Origin: a virus
Direction: 5' to 3' (one strand)
Length of the DNA: 64,000 bases
Virus record (IMG/VR): IMGVR_UViG_3300037155_000096
Positions within the stretch are counted from its first letter, which is position 1. Each line of letters opens with the position of its first letter. The position numbers and the translations under genes were made by a program. A model generated the notes under the pieces. The model saw only the letters and a list, made by a program, of their open reading frames with translations. It had not been told where the DNA came from and made no database searches. Shown here piece by piece: positions 35,464 to 44,331 of the stretch.

Positions 35464-35788
35464 GTCAATACCCGACCTACGTAGCTGGTTCGATAGTGTC
35501 TGACCTATCGGATTGGATCATCGCCACCGACTATCAACAAATGCGAAAGGAACTGTTTCTGAGACGCTCCACCGAGGCATACGTTTTTGCACAAAGTATG
35601 CGTGAGCTTCAGTGCGAACACAGAGGTTTGCGGACTGAGTGTCTTTTCTAAGGACACTATTACCGCTAGACCATTCCTTACTCTCATGCTAGTATGCAAC
35701 CCACATGATCGGTTCTCGCAACTCTTTCAAGGATGCTGGTTATTGCAGCCACCTCCTAAACGAATTCCGGAAACTGCAGGTACTTGAC
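35464..35788 (-). ncRNA. candidate structured ncRNA (325 nt)
   Basis: terminal helix GTCAAGTACC/GGTATTGAC encloses the whole region and is followed by a U-tract; 6-bp hairpins at 35638-35658, 35577-35601 and 35491-35510. Confidence 0.6.
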
Positions 35789-35995
35789 TTAAACTTTCTT
35801 AATTTTAATCTGGCGCGGATCTGCCTCGTACTCAATTTCTTCACCGCCCAGTTCATTTATAATCGCTAATAACAAGGGATCAACTTCATCACTGACTTCG
35901 TGGAAACAGTTACATGGAATCAGAAACGTCATGTCATCATGTTCTCTTTCTCCAGTGCCATGGCATAACGGACAATCGTGGTTCGGTACTCTCAT
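35789..35995 (-). CDS. small zinc-finger-like protein
   Basis: CPLCHGTG..PCNC. Confidence 0.6.
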   Translation of the reverse strand: MRVPNHDCPLCHGTGEREHDDMTFLIPCNCFHEVSDEVDPLLLAIINELGGEEIEYEADPRQIKIKKV

Positions 35996-36026
35996 TAAGA
36001 TAGACTCAATTTGTTACAAAAATAAA

Positions 36027-37031
36027 TTATTCGATGCCAGTTGCCGGCCATTTCGCCGAGATTTCAGATATCTCTTCATCCAAGAATGACATCGCACTTT
36101 TGACATCCACCGGCATTATCTTCTTAATCGGTTTCCTTCTGGGTGCCTTCATCATCTTTTTCGTGGGCCAACCCTTTTCCTCAGCTAACGTTAATTCTCT
36201 GGGTGCTTTGGATACTCCCATTACTTCCATCTTCTCAATTTCTTCCGGAGTGAATGCTGGAGCCAATTTACCGAGCAATTCATCTTCCTTTTTAGACTTT
36301 CCTGTTTTCTTATTATTTTCCTTAATGTATGCCTTAATCAACGCCTCAGCTTCATCCATCTTATCAGAGTCAAAGCCTCCGCAGATCGTCCCAAATCCGT
36401 CAGTCAGCATATCGTAAGCATTAGCTGCCGCCCCGAGGCATCCATCTTCCCGAACCTCCTTCAGCCATTCGGCTTGAACAGCTGCATCAGTAGGAGATAC
36501 AACCGATTCAAAATATATCGCTGCTGGCAAATATCCGTCCAGACCAGCCAGTTCGTCCGCCTCTGATTTCCCGCCCTTAAATCCTATGGACATATCCCAA
36601 AAGAATCCTTCAGCGTCTTTACCGTCAGCACCGATTACCCGGTTCTCCCATAAGTAAACTATCTGCCAGCCATTATTATTGTCTTCCTTATATAAATCCG
36701 AAACTTTCTTATAAGTATCCGTCTCATCTACAAAGTCATTCAGCCCATCGTCCGTAATTGCCGCCACGTAACGATAAGCCTTCTGCCAGTCTCCCCTGAT
36801 GATCATTCCGGACTGAGTCTTGCTCTCGTGCCATTTTGCGAATAGCTTTACGAATGCCATAGCACCATAAGGCTGGGACCGTGGAGAATTCCAGTGTTTA
36901 TAAAACGAGGCGAAATTTACCTCCCCTTCTTTATTCTTGCTGACTACGTACGTCTGATGTCGTTGTCCCATCCTGTATCCTTTTAATAACTTGACTCTTA
37001 AATTGCTTGCTGAACGTAGATTGCTCCACAA
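36027..37031 (-). CDS. hypothetical protein (true start probably MGQRHQ)
   Basis: long ORF; the MGQRHQTYV N-terminus pattern occurs in phage proteins. Confidence 0.75.
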   Translation of the reverse strand: MWSNLRSASNLRVKLLKGYRMGQRHQTYVVSKNKEGEVNFASFYKHWNSPRSQPYGAMAFVKLFAKWHESKTQSGMIIRGDWQKAYRYVAAITDDGLNDFVDETDTYKKVSDLYKEDNNNGWQIVYLWENRVIGADGKDAEGFFWDMSIGFKGGKSEADELAGLDGYLPAAIYFESVVSPTDAAVQAEWLKEVREDGCLGAAANAYDMLTDGFGTICGGFDSDKMDEAEALIKAYIKENNKKTGKSKKEDELLGKLAPAFTPEEIEKMEVMGVSKAPRELTLAEEKGWPTKKMMKAPRRKPIKKIMPVDVKSAMSFLDEEISEISAKWPATGIE

Positions 37032-37116
37032 GCTTTAACTGTTGGTCTTTAACGCTGGTCTGCTCTTTAACAAATCGGGCTACAAATTCAATTTTCTTGA
37101 TTCTGCCTGGTCGCAT
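36931..37116 (-). CDS. small hypothetical protein
   Basis: AGGAG RBS; first ATG after the 37155 motif copy. Confidence 0.45.
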   Translation of the reverse strand: MRPGRIKKIEFVARFVKEQTSVKDQQLKLVEQSTFSKQFKSQVIKRIQDGTTTSDVRSQQE

Positions 37117-37154
37117 ACTTCTCCTATTTCCTGACTTGGGGTGTTATAAAATTT

Positions 37155-37188
37155 GTTATAGGTATGTACTTACAAGTTCCGTGCTAAG
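37155..37188 (-). promoter_or_regulatory. repeated sigma54-like promoter motif
   Basis: CTTAGCACGGAACTTGTAAGTACATACCTATAAC. Confidence 0.75.
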
Positions 37189-37217
37189 AATTTTCGGGAT
37201 TCTCTGATGCGACGGAA

Positions 37218-37784
37218 CTAAGGATCTACGCGGACACTCAGAATATCCGCCATTGTCGTGGGATGTTCGGCTACCACCGATACTGTATAATGAGCCCCTT
37301 TTCTTACTGTCAGCTTAGTCAATCGTCGGCTGGTAAAGGTCTTTGGATCGCCCAACGGAAGAAGTTCTCCATTCACTTCAAGATGCCCCTCTAATACATG
37401 CATCGTGTACGTGCCATGCGACGGATTTTCGTTAATGCCGAGGATTTCAAAATCAGCATGAGCGTGAACCGCATACTGAAAAAACCTCCCCGTGGCCTCC
37501 TCATGCAAAGGTCTTACTATCGAGTGCGGAGTAACTATCGGCGACATCTGAGTTCGTTTGCACACATGAAAGAAATCCCCTGAGCACGCCCCCAAAGCTG
37601 TGGCGATAAGTTTTATCTGGTCATACTTGGGCTGCTGCTCGCCTGAGAGCAATCTGGATATTACTGATTTGGAAAGTCCTGTCTTCTTGCAGAGCCTGAC
37701 TTGACTAAAGTCTCTGTCTGACATCATCTTATTTAATCTTGTAGAAAAAATCTTAACCTCCCCTATCGATAAAATGTGACACAA
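37218..37784 (-). CDS. XRE-family HTH regulator with cupin-like C-domain
   Basis: SQVRLCKKTGLSKSVISRLLSGEQQPKYDQIKLIATALG; HVLEGHLEVNG cupin-like segment. Confidence 0.8.
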   Translation of the reverse strand: MCHILSIGEVKIFSTRLNKMMSDRDFSQVRLCKKTGLSKSVISRLLSGEQQPKYDQIKLIATALGACSGDFFHVCKRTQMSPIVTPHSIVRPLHEEATGRFFQYAVHAHADFEILGINENPSHGTYTMHVLEGHLEVNGELLPLGDPKTFTSRRLTKLTVRKGAHYTVSVVAEHPTTMADILSVRVDP

Positions 37785-37796
37785 AATACGGATAAA

Positions 37797-37876
37797 ATTG
37801 TCAGTTAAACTTGCTCGTCTCCGGGCACGCTCCGGCTGTTGCTACGCCCTATGCCTCGCCAATTGTAAAATATGAA
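37797..37876. repeat. 80-bp direct repeat, copy 1
   Basis: 72/80 identical to 38221-38300. Confidence 0.9.
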
Positions 37877-37902
37877 AAGGAATTTTATTGTTACAACTTA
37901 TT

Positions 37903-38172
37903 TTATGAAGTATATCTCAATAAAACTTTTGCGTTTATTTCCTTTTCTAAATGAGTTACAAATTCAGCAAGGGTTATCTTTAGGTGAGTGCATATTTCCC
38001 GAAGTTCTATTATATCTACTTTCCTTTGACCTGTTTCAATCTTACTAATATAGGATTGAGGAACACCTAGCTTCTTAGCCAAATCAACCTGAAGAAGCCC
38101 AGCTTTTGTCCGGTATTCAGTAAATACCTGGACAAAAAACTTATATTCCTTTTTATAGATACTCTTTTTCAC
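37903..38172 (-). CDS. XRE-family HTH transcriptional regulator
   Basis: RTKAGLLQVDLAKKLGVPQSYISKIETGQRKVDIIEL. Confidence 0.9.
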   Translation of the reverse strand: MKKSIYKKEYKFFVQVFTEYRTKAGLLQVDLAKKLGVPQSYISKIETGQRKVDIIELREICTHLKITLAEFVTHLEKEINAKVLLRYTS

Positions 38173-38197
38173 ACCATAAATTTATATCCTGATATCG

Positions 38198-38218
38198 AAT
38201 ATCCCATTTTGGGATATT
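38198..38218. promoter_or_regulatory. palindromic operator upstream of the XRE gene
   Basis: AATATCCCA-TTT-TGGGATATT, perfect 9-bp inverted repeat. Confidence 0.6.
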
Positions 38219-38220
38219 AT

Positions 38221-38300
38221 ATTGTCAATTAAACTTGCTCGTCTCCGGGCACGCTCCCGTTGTCGCTACGCCCTACACCTCACCATTTGTAAAATATGAA
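38221..38300. repeat. 80-bp direct repeat, copy 2
   Basis: 72/80 identical to 37797-37876. Confidence 0.9.
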
Positions 38301-38464
38301 TAGATATATAATATTGTTTACTTGATAGGAATTGAATATTAAAAGAATATCCATTAACTTTATATAAATTTATATCTGTGTTTGGCTAATGATGAGCGGG
38401 TTAAGATTCCATTAAGAACTAAATGGTAAGAATATAGAATAATTAATAATTATTGAGCTAATTT

Positions 38465-39292
38465 ATGGAGAGAGAAATAGAGTTATTAAAAATATTAAAT
38501 TCATTTATCTTAATAGGAAAAGGTAGCAAATTAACTGCTTCGGACAAAGATAATCGGTTATTAGACGCAGAAGGATTAGGTGTTAAAATATTATACCACG
38601 CTTTAACCATCCTTTATCTATATCGTTCAACAAACATTCCAGATTTAAGTATAACAAATATCAGTTTTTTTGATGCCGCTTCAATTAATGTTCTTGGAAG
38701 AGCTGCTATTGAATCATTTTTAGTCTTTCAATATGTCTTTGTTAATAACAAAGACTATGAGCATGAAGATTATCACTATTTATCTTGGGTTTTGGGAGGA
38801 CTTATTGAAAGACAAAATTTGCCCATTTATTCACCTGAAGGCAAAAAAGTGTTAGAAGACGACCGCAAATTCATTCTAAGCTTAGAACCAAGGTTAAAAA
38901 CTAACAAATATTTTCTTGATCTAACGGATAAACAAAAAACTAATCTATTAACAAAAGGTATTTGGCGGTTAAAATCTTGGAGTGATATTGGATTAGAATC
39001 TGGGTTAAGCGATTCCTATGCAAAAGCATTTTATGGTTATCTCTGTGGTTATGCTCATGCGAGTAATTTAAGTGTTCTTCAATTAAGGCAAGCGGAAACA
39101 GCAACAGCTCAAAAAAAATTATGTGAGGCAACTATTGGTTATCTTTTAATTGCTTTATCAAAATTTATTAAATCCTATACGAAAGTATTTTCGCAAGCAA
39201 AACCAATTTATGATTCGCTAATTGATAGAAATATTATTGAGGTTTGGGACTCAGTTGGGTCTAAATCTTTAAGGGATGTTCAAATTGATTAA
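38465..39292 (+). CDS. DUF5677-like (HEPN-like) protein
   Basis: LGRAAIESFLVFQYV and FYGYLCGYAH motifs; AT-rich island. Confidence 0.65.
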   Translation: MEREIELLKILNSFILIGKGSKLTASDKDNRLLDAEGLGVKILYHALTILYLYRSTNIPDLSITNISFFDAASINVLGRAAIESFLVFQYVFVNNKDYEHEDYHYLSWVLGGLIERQNLPIYSPEGKKVLEDDRKFILSLEPRLKTNKYFLDLTDKQKTNLLTKGIWRLKSWSDIGLESGLSDSYAKAFYGYLCGYAHASNLSVLQLRQAETATAQKKLCEATIGYLLIALSKFIKSYTKVFSQAKPIYDSLIDRNIIEVWDSVGSKSLRDVQID

Positions 39293-39318
39293 ACAGATTC
39301 TAAACTATTGAGATATTT

Positions 39319-40494
39319 ATGTGCATATTAAAACATTTATTCAGAATTGTAATAGTTGTGTTAACAATATTAATATTTGGTTGTAATCCTGCAATAATGA
39401 CAACCTTACCGAAACCATTAGGTAAAATTACAAAGTCTGAAATTATAAATAATTATTTAGATTCGAATTCACTTGATTTTGTGGAAGGTATTTGGTCTTG
39501 GGATGATAACCAATACGAAGTCGCTATCATAAAAAACAAAACTAATACATATTCCCAATATGATTATATTGGAATAATAACCGAAACAAGAAATAAAGGT
39601 TGGGTGGTAGGAGAGATAAAATTACTTTTAAAAAAGACAGTTTCTGAATATGTATATTCTGTTATTTATTATATGGGAGATAAATCAGAAACTGGCTCTA
39701 CTTTGACAATGCCAAATGAAAATATGATTGAAATGATGTTACCAACTGGCGAAAATTATGCAAAAGAGAAAGTTATTCTAATAAAATCATATCCGTCAAA
39801 CAAGAAAGAAATATTTAAAAGTAATGAAAGTATCAATATTAGTGGAACTGGATTTTTTATTTCAAATGATGTAATTGCCACTAATTATCATGTAGTAGCT
39901 GAAGCAAAAGAGATAAAAATTAATCTTAACCAAAACTACTATAATGCAAGATTGTTAATAAAAGATGCAACAAATGATTTAGCCTTATTGCAAATTAGCT
40001 TCAAGGATAGTCCAATAGAAAGGAAAATGTTTTTAGAGCAAGTCAAACCTTTACCTATTGGTAGAGTTAATAATATTAAAGAAGGTGATAAGGTATTTAC
40101 AATTGGATTTCCACTATCGCAAGAATTAGGGAAATCACCAAGAGTAAGTGAAGGAATAATAAATAGCACTTATGGAATGGAAGATGATCCTCGAATGTTT
40201 CAGGTAAGCATTCCTGTCCAACCTGGAAATAGTGGGGGGCCGATGTTTAATCAATTTGGTGAAGTAGTCGGTATAATTACTTCTACTATTAACAATGCAT
40301 ATCTTATTATGAAAAAAGGAACTTTTTCACAAAATGTAAATTTTGCAGTAAAAATAAATTATTTGAACAATCTCCTTGAATTATTACCCGAAAAGATAGA
40401 ACCAACTAAAAGACAAGATATGAATCAAAAAACAATTTCCGAATTTGTTGAATTATATAAAAAATCAGTTGTTCTTATAGAGGTTAAACAATAA
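39319..40494 (+). CDS. lipoprotein with C-terminal trypsin-like (S1C) serine protease
   Basis: lipobox IFGC; SGTGFF, TNYHVV (His), NDLALL (Asp), QPGNSGGP (Ser); no PDZ domain. Confidence 0.9.
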   Translation: MCILKHLFRIVIVVLTILIFGCNPAIMTTLPKPLGKITKSEIINNYLDSNSLDFVEGIWSWDDNQYEVAIIKNKTNTYSQYDYIGIITETRNKGWVVGEIKLLLKKTVSEYVYSVIYYMGDKSETGSTLTMPNENMIEMMLPTGENYAKEKVILIKSYPSNKKEIFKSNESINISGTGFFISNDVIATNYHVVAEAKEIKINLNQNYYNARLLIKDATNDLALLQISFKDSPIERKMFLEQVKPLPIGRVNNIKEGDKVFTIGFPLSQELGKSPRVSEGIINSTYGMEDDPRMFQVSIPVQPGNSGGPMFNQFGEVVGIITSTINNAYLIMKKGTFSQNVNFAVKINYLNNLLELLPEKIEPTKRQDMNQKTISEFVELYKKSVVLIEVKQ

Positions 40495-40581
40495 AATTAA
40501 AAAGGATATCGGTTTAAATTTAGAATATCCCTTTGGATATATTTGCTGATTATATTTTAATTGATACAGACCAAAAAACTA

Positions 40582-40788
40582 TCATGCATGAGCCTCCTTA
40601 TGCTTATTCACCATGCTTAGCATATGTTCTTGGAATTCCAACGCCGTACGGTCTTTCCAATCTAACATGATTGCCGCCCTTCCTTCTTCATCAGCCTGAA
40701 GCCATCTCAGGAACTGAGTCTGATACAATTTTTCAATGTTCAGTAGGTACGTCTCCATATAAAGTTTCCTCTTTTGGCGGATTGGCAA
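40582..40788 (-). CDS. hypothetical protein
   Basis: ORF in run; start uncertain. Confidence 0.5.
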   Translation of the reverse strand: MPIRQKRKLYMETYLLNIEKLYQTQFLRWLQADEEGRAAIMLDWKDRTALEFQEHMLSMVNKHKEAHA

Positions 40789-40966
40789 TCATGTGCTCAG
40801 CCGTTCCCTTGAATAAATTGATCGCGTTGAGGTATCCAGTATTTGCTGACCACTGGACTTCGTCCTTCGAGGGCAGAATGAATGCTATGCCGAGAAACGG
40901 GATCTCCCCATATTCCTTGGTAAACAGATCCACTACATCCCTTGTAATATCTTCTAAACTTCTCAT
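40733..40966 (-). CDS. hypothetical protein
   Basis: ORF in run. Confidence 0.6.
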   Translation of the reverse strand: MRSLEDITRDVVDLFTKEYGEIPFLGIAFILPSKDEVQWSANTGYLNAINLFKGTAEHMIANPPKEETLYGDVPTEH

Positions 40967-41145
40967 ACTGCCTTCCCTAAAAATTCTCTATTATACCATA
41001 CATACGGCGCGTAGCATGAAGTCGACTCCCTGCCCGGCACATTCACCAAGTAGCCGTCACCTTGCTTTCGGATAACATCCGCAATATCACCAGCCTTGAA
41101 GCCAGCATTATCCAGAAGTAACTTTACTTTCTTGGGCGTTTTCAT
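40963..41145 (-). CDS. small SH3-like hypothetical protein
   Basis: KKVKLL..FKAGDIADV..YLVNV. Confidence 0.55.
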   Translation of the reverse strand: MKTPKKVKLLLDNAGFKAGDIADVIRKQGDGYLVNVPGRESTSCYAPYVWYNREFLGKAV

Positions 41146-41561
41146 TTCTTATCCTCAAACAGTCTTTGTTTAGCACCGTGCTTCGTTGCTTCTTCCGGAG
41201 TCTCCACGCTTCTGTCTGACCATCCGAATGGAAATCCTACATTCGTTCTGACTTCCTTCAATACCCATAAATGAAACTGGTTCGATTCATCGATGAGTCT
41301 CGACTCTGCAGGATATAATTCGACTGCCTCGTTCTCGGGACCAACCAGTTCGTTCTTAATCTTCTGAAGCTCCCGCCAGTCGTGGATGCATTCCTTATCA
41401 ATACGTTTAATGCTCAGCCACCACATTGCCGGCCAGTCCTTTGCTTGCATGCCCGATTCAAGAGCATCGCTTTTGATTACCTGATACTTATCGTTCAGAT
41501 AGAACTGTACCTTTCTGTCCGGATATCCTTCCGGAGTTTCAACTGCTTCAAATGGTGTCAT
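41142..41561 (-). CDS. conserved phage/prophage protein
   Basis: WLSIKRIDKECIHDWRELQKIKNELVGPENEAVELYPAESRLID..NQFHLWV family pattern. Confidence 0.85.
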   Translation of the reverse strand: MTPFEAVETPEGYPDRKVQFYLNDKYQVIKSDALESGMQAKDWPAMWWLSIKRIDKECIHDWRELQKIKNELVGPENEAVELYPAESRLIDESNQFHLWVLKEVRTNVGFPFGWSDRSVETPEEATKHGAKQRLFEDKK

Positions 41562-41767
41562 CAGTATTCGCTCCCGCCAGCTTCCAAGCCTCTGCTATAA
41601 GCCTCATCAATCTTATCCTGAATCATTTTCAGCAATGCATCATAGTTCTTGGTCGGGATCACCCGTGCCGTTACTGTGAACATCCTGAAATCAGGTTCAC
41701 CAATCTTGCCAACAGTACCCGTGGTAGGCATATCAATTTCAAATTTCTTTAATTCATCAACTTTCAT
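41561..41767 (-). CDS. hypothetical protein (paralogue of 41757-41999)
   Basis: MKVDELKKFEIDMPT..VIP..Y..LL..I..IDEAYSRG. Confidence 0.65.
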   Translation of the reverse strand: MKVDELKKFEIDMPTTGTVGKIGEPDFRMFTVTARVIPTKNYDALLKMIQDKIDEAYSRGLEAGGSEY

Positions 41768-41999
41768 TTATTTTGACTGCTCCGAAATACTTTGGATTAA
41801 CTTTACTTTCTGCATATATTTTCTTTTTCTCAGGGGACAGATGTTCCATGCGTCCCTTGAAATATGCATCCTCTACTTCTCTGTTGATAAACTCCAGCAA
41901 TTTTTTGTAACTTTCAGGCAGGATAACCGGTCTGGACGTTATGATCGTCGAGTTCGTCGGTATATGAGTCTCAAACGCCTTCAGATCCTTGGCTTTCAT
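41757..41999 (-). CDS. hypothetical protein (paralogue of 41561-41767)
   Basis: MKAKDLKAFETHIPT..VILP..Y..LL..I..VEDAYFKG. Confidence 0.65.
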   Translation of the reverse strand: MKAKDLKAFETHIPTNSTIITSRPVILPESYKKLLEFINREVEDAYFKGRMEHLSPEKKKIYAESKVNPKYFGAVKINES

Positions 42000-42217
42000 A
42001 ATTCGCCAGCCATGGCTTTTACGACCACAGCCTTATAAATAACCTTCCATTTCTTGTGGCATACATAACATCCTGCCTCCTGATGCATACTGCCATTCTC
42101 CCCGACCATAATTTTACCCATCTTGATAAACACGCTGCAACAACATGGACATTTATCTGGATTCGCCAGATGATAACTTATCTGCTGTTCTGTCAACTTC
42201 TCCGTCATAATTCCCAT
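41996..42217 (-). CDS. small zinc-ribbon protein
   Basis: CPCC..CYVC..W. Confidence 0.65.
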   Translation of the reverse strand: MGIMTEKLTEQQISYHLANPDKCPCCCSVFIKMGKIMVGENGSMHQEAGCYVCHKKWKVIYKAVVVKAMAGEL

Positions 42218-42243
42218 CCTTTCTAAACATTGCTAATCGTTAC

Positions 42244-42576
42244 TTATTTTCTAAAAACTAATCTGTGCTTGGGATTCTTGCAATCGCCTTTGTGAGTCCA
42301 AGTCAATCCCTTTAGCGGATTTCCTATCAGTATGTATTCGCAGCCTTCAATAATCGAAAATCCATAAACGTGAACATTGGCATCGACCTTGTAATTACTC
42401 ATCGGCACTACTGCGGAGTCGAGAACCACACCTATGTATTCGCTGGCGCCCTTCGTGGACTTATGCTTATGACCGGCATACCCAAGCGATACCATGACCA
42501 CTATTGCTATAAACGCTACAAACCAATAAACTTTTCCCTCCTGCTTCAACCACCACATTGCTCTTGACCTTTTCAT
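42244..42576 (-). CDS. membrane-anchored conserved phage protein
   Basis: N-terminal TM; EGCEYI..THKGDCKNPKH. Confidence 0.65.
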   Translation of the reverse strand: MKRSRAMWWLKQEGKVYWFVAFIAIVVMVSLGYAGHKHKSTKGASEYIGVVLDSAVVPMSNYKVDANVHVYGFSIIEGCEYILIGNPLKGLTWTHKGDCKNPKHRLVFRK

Positions 42577-42586
42577 ACGTATCTCC

Positions 42587-43198
42587 TTATTTCAAAATCC
42601 TGTTCACAAATTCTTCCCATACTTCTTTAACCGTTACCTTCAGCGCCTCCAGATCGTTACTGTAATACCAGCAGTCACCACCAAAATTATTTCTATCCAG
42701 ACTGACTAACTTGACTCCATATTTGCTGACCAAACTGGGTATAGGTCTATCCGGTAAATTCATTAAAATATGTCCGATCACCTGCTGGGGATCGTCCATC
42801 GTCGTACCACCAATCATCGCTGTACGCATCCACCGACCATATTTATCAGGCTCAACATCACTGTTCGTATAAACATTGATAAACCATACAGGTCTTAATT
42901 TATGCTTGAATTTACTTTTGATTTCCTTTTCTTCCGGAACAATGATGTCATAATCTTCAGCAAGTTCTTTCTGAGTCAGAACCACAATGCGACCATCTGC
43001 CCGCCTTACTATCATCTCACCAATCGCAGCCGCCCTTACCTTCCCCATGCCATCATTCAAGGGAACTAGCAAATGATTACCACCATCGAGTCTGATTTTG
43101 GGGTGCGACCTGATATCGTCCGGCAGCTCTTTACTGTAAAACAGACTACCATCGAATCTCCATGCCTCAATTATTTCCGGTTTTCTCGTGTACTTCAT
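42587..43198 (-). CDS. phage hypothetical protein (KYxRKP..IEA..F..G N-domain fused to an unknown C-domain)
   Basis: MKYTRKPEIIEAWRFDG..A.IGEMIVR..G..L..K....Y. Confidence 0.7.
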   Translation of the reverse strand: MKYTRKPEIIEAWRFDGSLFYSKELPDDIRSHPKIRLDGGNHLLVPLNDGMGKVRAAAIGEMIVRRADGRIVVLTQKELAEDYDIIVPEEKEIKSKFKHKLRPVWFINVYTNSDVEPDKYGRWMRTAMIGGTTMDDPQQVIGHILMNLPDRPIPSLVSKYGVKLVSLDRNNFGGDCWYYSNDLEALKVTVKEVWEEFVNRILK

Positions 43199-43421
43199 CC
43201 TTGTCCTTGACTCCCTTCGCTTTCAATTCGTTCAAAAAATCAGTTATCTCCCGAGTACAGTTTTCGTCCATAGCCAGACCATTTTTCGGGAAGAAACCAT
43301 ACTTCTGCCATTTCACATGCCAGGCAATTATGCCTACGTGGTTACCTAATACCGAGGTAACTGCATATTCCGGTAGACTCTCTGAATCCCATCCGATACT
43401 CGGGAATTCTAAATACTTCAA
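43167..43421 (-). CDS. hypothetical protein
   Basis: ORF in run. Confidence 0.65.
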   Translation of the reverse strand: MKYLEFPSIGWDSESLPEYAVTSVLGNHVGIIAWHVKWQKYGFFPKNGLAMDENCTREITDFLNELKAKGVKDKDEVHEKTGNN

Positions 43422-43433
43422 GCTTCATCCTTC

Positions 43434-43871
43434 TTAAACTGGTACATAAACTTCTTCCTCTGCTTTCGTCTGGACTCGCTTGCCCAAATATTCTTCTACA
43501 TCAGGCATTCCGCTCCACTGTGCTCTTGCCGTTCTCCACGGATGCTCTAAACTTTTTAATTCTTCCTTAATTCTTCTCTTCTCCCCGCAGGACTCACAGC
43601 ATCTGGCTTTTACCCGATTGTGCCTGAAAGTCATCGTTGCCTCTCCGGCGCATCCCTCGAACTGATAAAAACATTCCTTCAAAGAGTCGAGTACCTTAAT
43701 AAATTTTCTTTGCCGCGTATATACGATGTAGCATTTCTTGCATACCTGCCATTCGTGCTTAGCCAACTTCTCAAATTCATCCCATTCAACGGTCTTTACC
43801 TTGGTCGGATCTTTCACCGGTGCCGAGCAGACTATCTTTCCCTTGATTATCAAATGCGTTTTACTAATCAT
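43434..43871 (-). CDS. hypothetical Cys-rich protein
   Basis: CKKC and CCESC motifs. Confidence 0.65.
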   Translation of the reverse strand: MISKTHLIIKGKIVCSAPVKDPTKVKTVEWDEFEKLAKHEWQVCKKCYIVYTRQRKFIKVLDSLKECFYQFEGCAGEATMTFRHNRVKARCCESCGEKRRIKEELKSLEHPWRTARAQWSGMPDVEEYLGKRVQTKAEEEVYVPV

Positions 43872-43872
43872 G

Positions 43873-44259
43873 CTAATTCACGATGTTTTCATTTTCGGGC
43901 AATTTCTTTCTGTAAATCTCCAGTACCTTGATAACCATAGTAATTGCATCTTCGGTGAGGTCGAGTCTGTTTGCCATTTGCATGATGAAGGGAACTACAG
44001 CGGAATCATGTATTTTAATCATGGACGAACCTTCTTCCCCTTGTCTGATCTCATGGAACGGACCGTCATAATAATCAGTGTTCGGCTCAATCTTCACCCA
44101 TGATAAATCTTCCAGCATTTCGTTTAACTCCGCCAGAGTCAAGGATTCCATGTAGTCAAAGATCAACTTCTCGGACTGCTCCGGGGACTCGTGTGTAATA
44201 TCATAATCTTTAAGTCCGAGTTTCTCCCATATCACATACGACCAAATCGTTTTCATCAA
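43873..44259 (-). CDS. hypothetical protein
   Basis: first ORF after the 44277 motif copy. Confidence 0.7.
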   Translation of the reverse strand: MMKTIWSYVIWEKLGLKDYDITHESPEQSEKLIFDYMESLTLAELNEMLEDLSWVKIEPNTDYYDGPFHEIRQGEEGSSMIKIHDSAVVPFIMQMANRLDLTEDAITMVIKVLEIYRKKLPENENIVN

Positions 44260-44276
44260 GTTCCTGTTATTTAACT

Positions 44277-44309
44277 GTTTGAAGATTATCTTACAATAAA
44301 CGTGCTAAA
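44277..44309 (-). promoter_or_regulatory. repeated sigma54-like promoter motif
   Basis: TTTAGCACGTTTATTGTAAGATAATCTTCAAAC. Confidence 0.7.
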
Positions 44310-44310
44310 G

Positions 44311-44331
44311 AAAAACCGGATTTCTCCGGTT
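44311..44331 (-). terminator. intrinsic terminator
   Basis: AACCGGA-GAAA-TCCGGTT followed by TTT on the minus strand, abutting the motif. Confidence 0.75.

Noticed and set aside
37797-38300. Canonical integron attC sites
   Set aside because: The ends do not fit RYYYAAC/GTTRRRY on either strand and the bottom-strand hairpin is poor; kept only as unexplained direct repeats.
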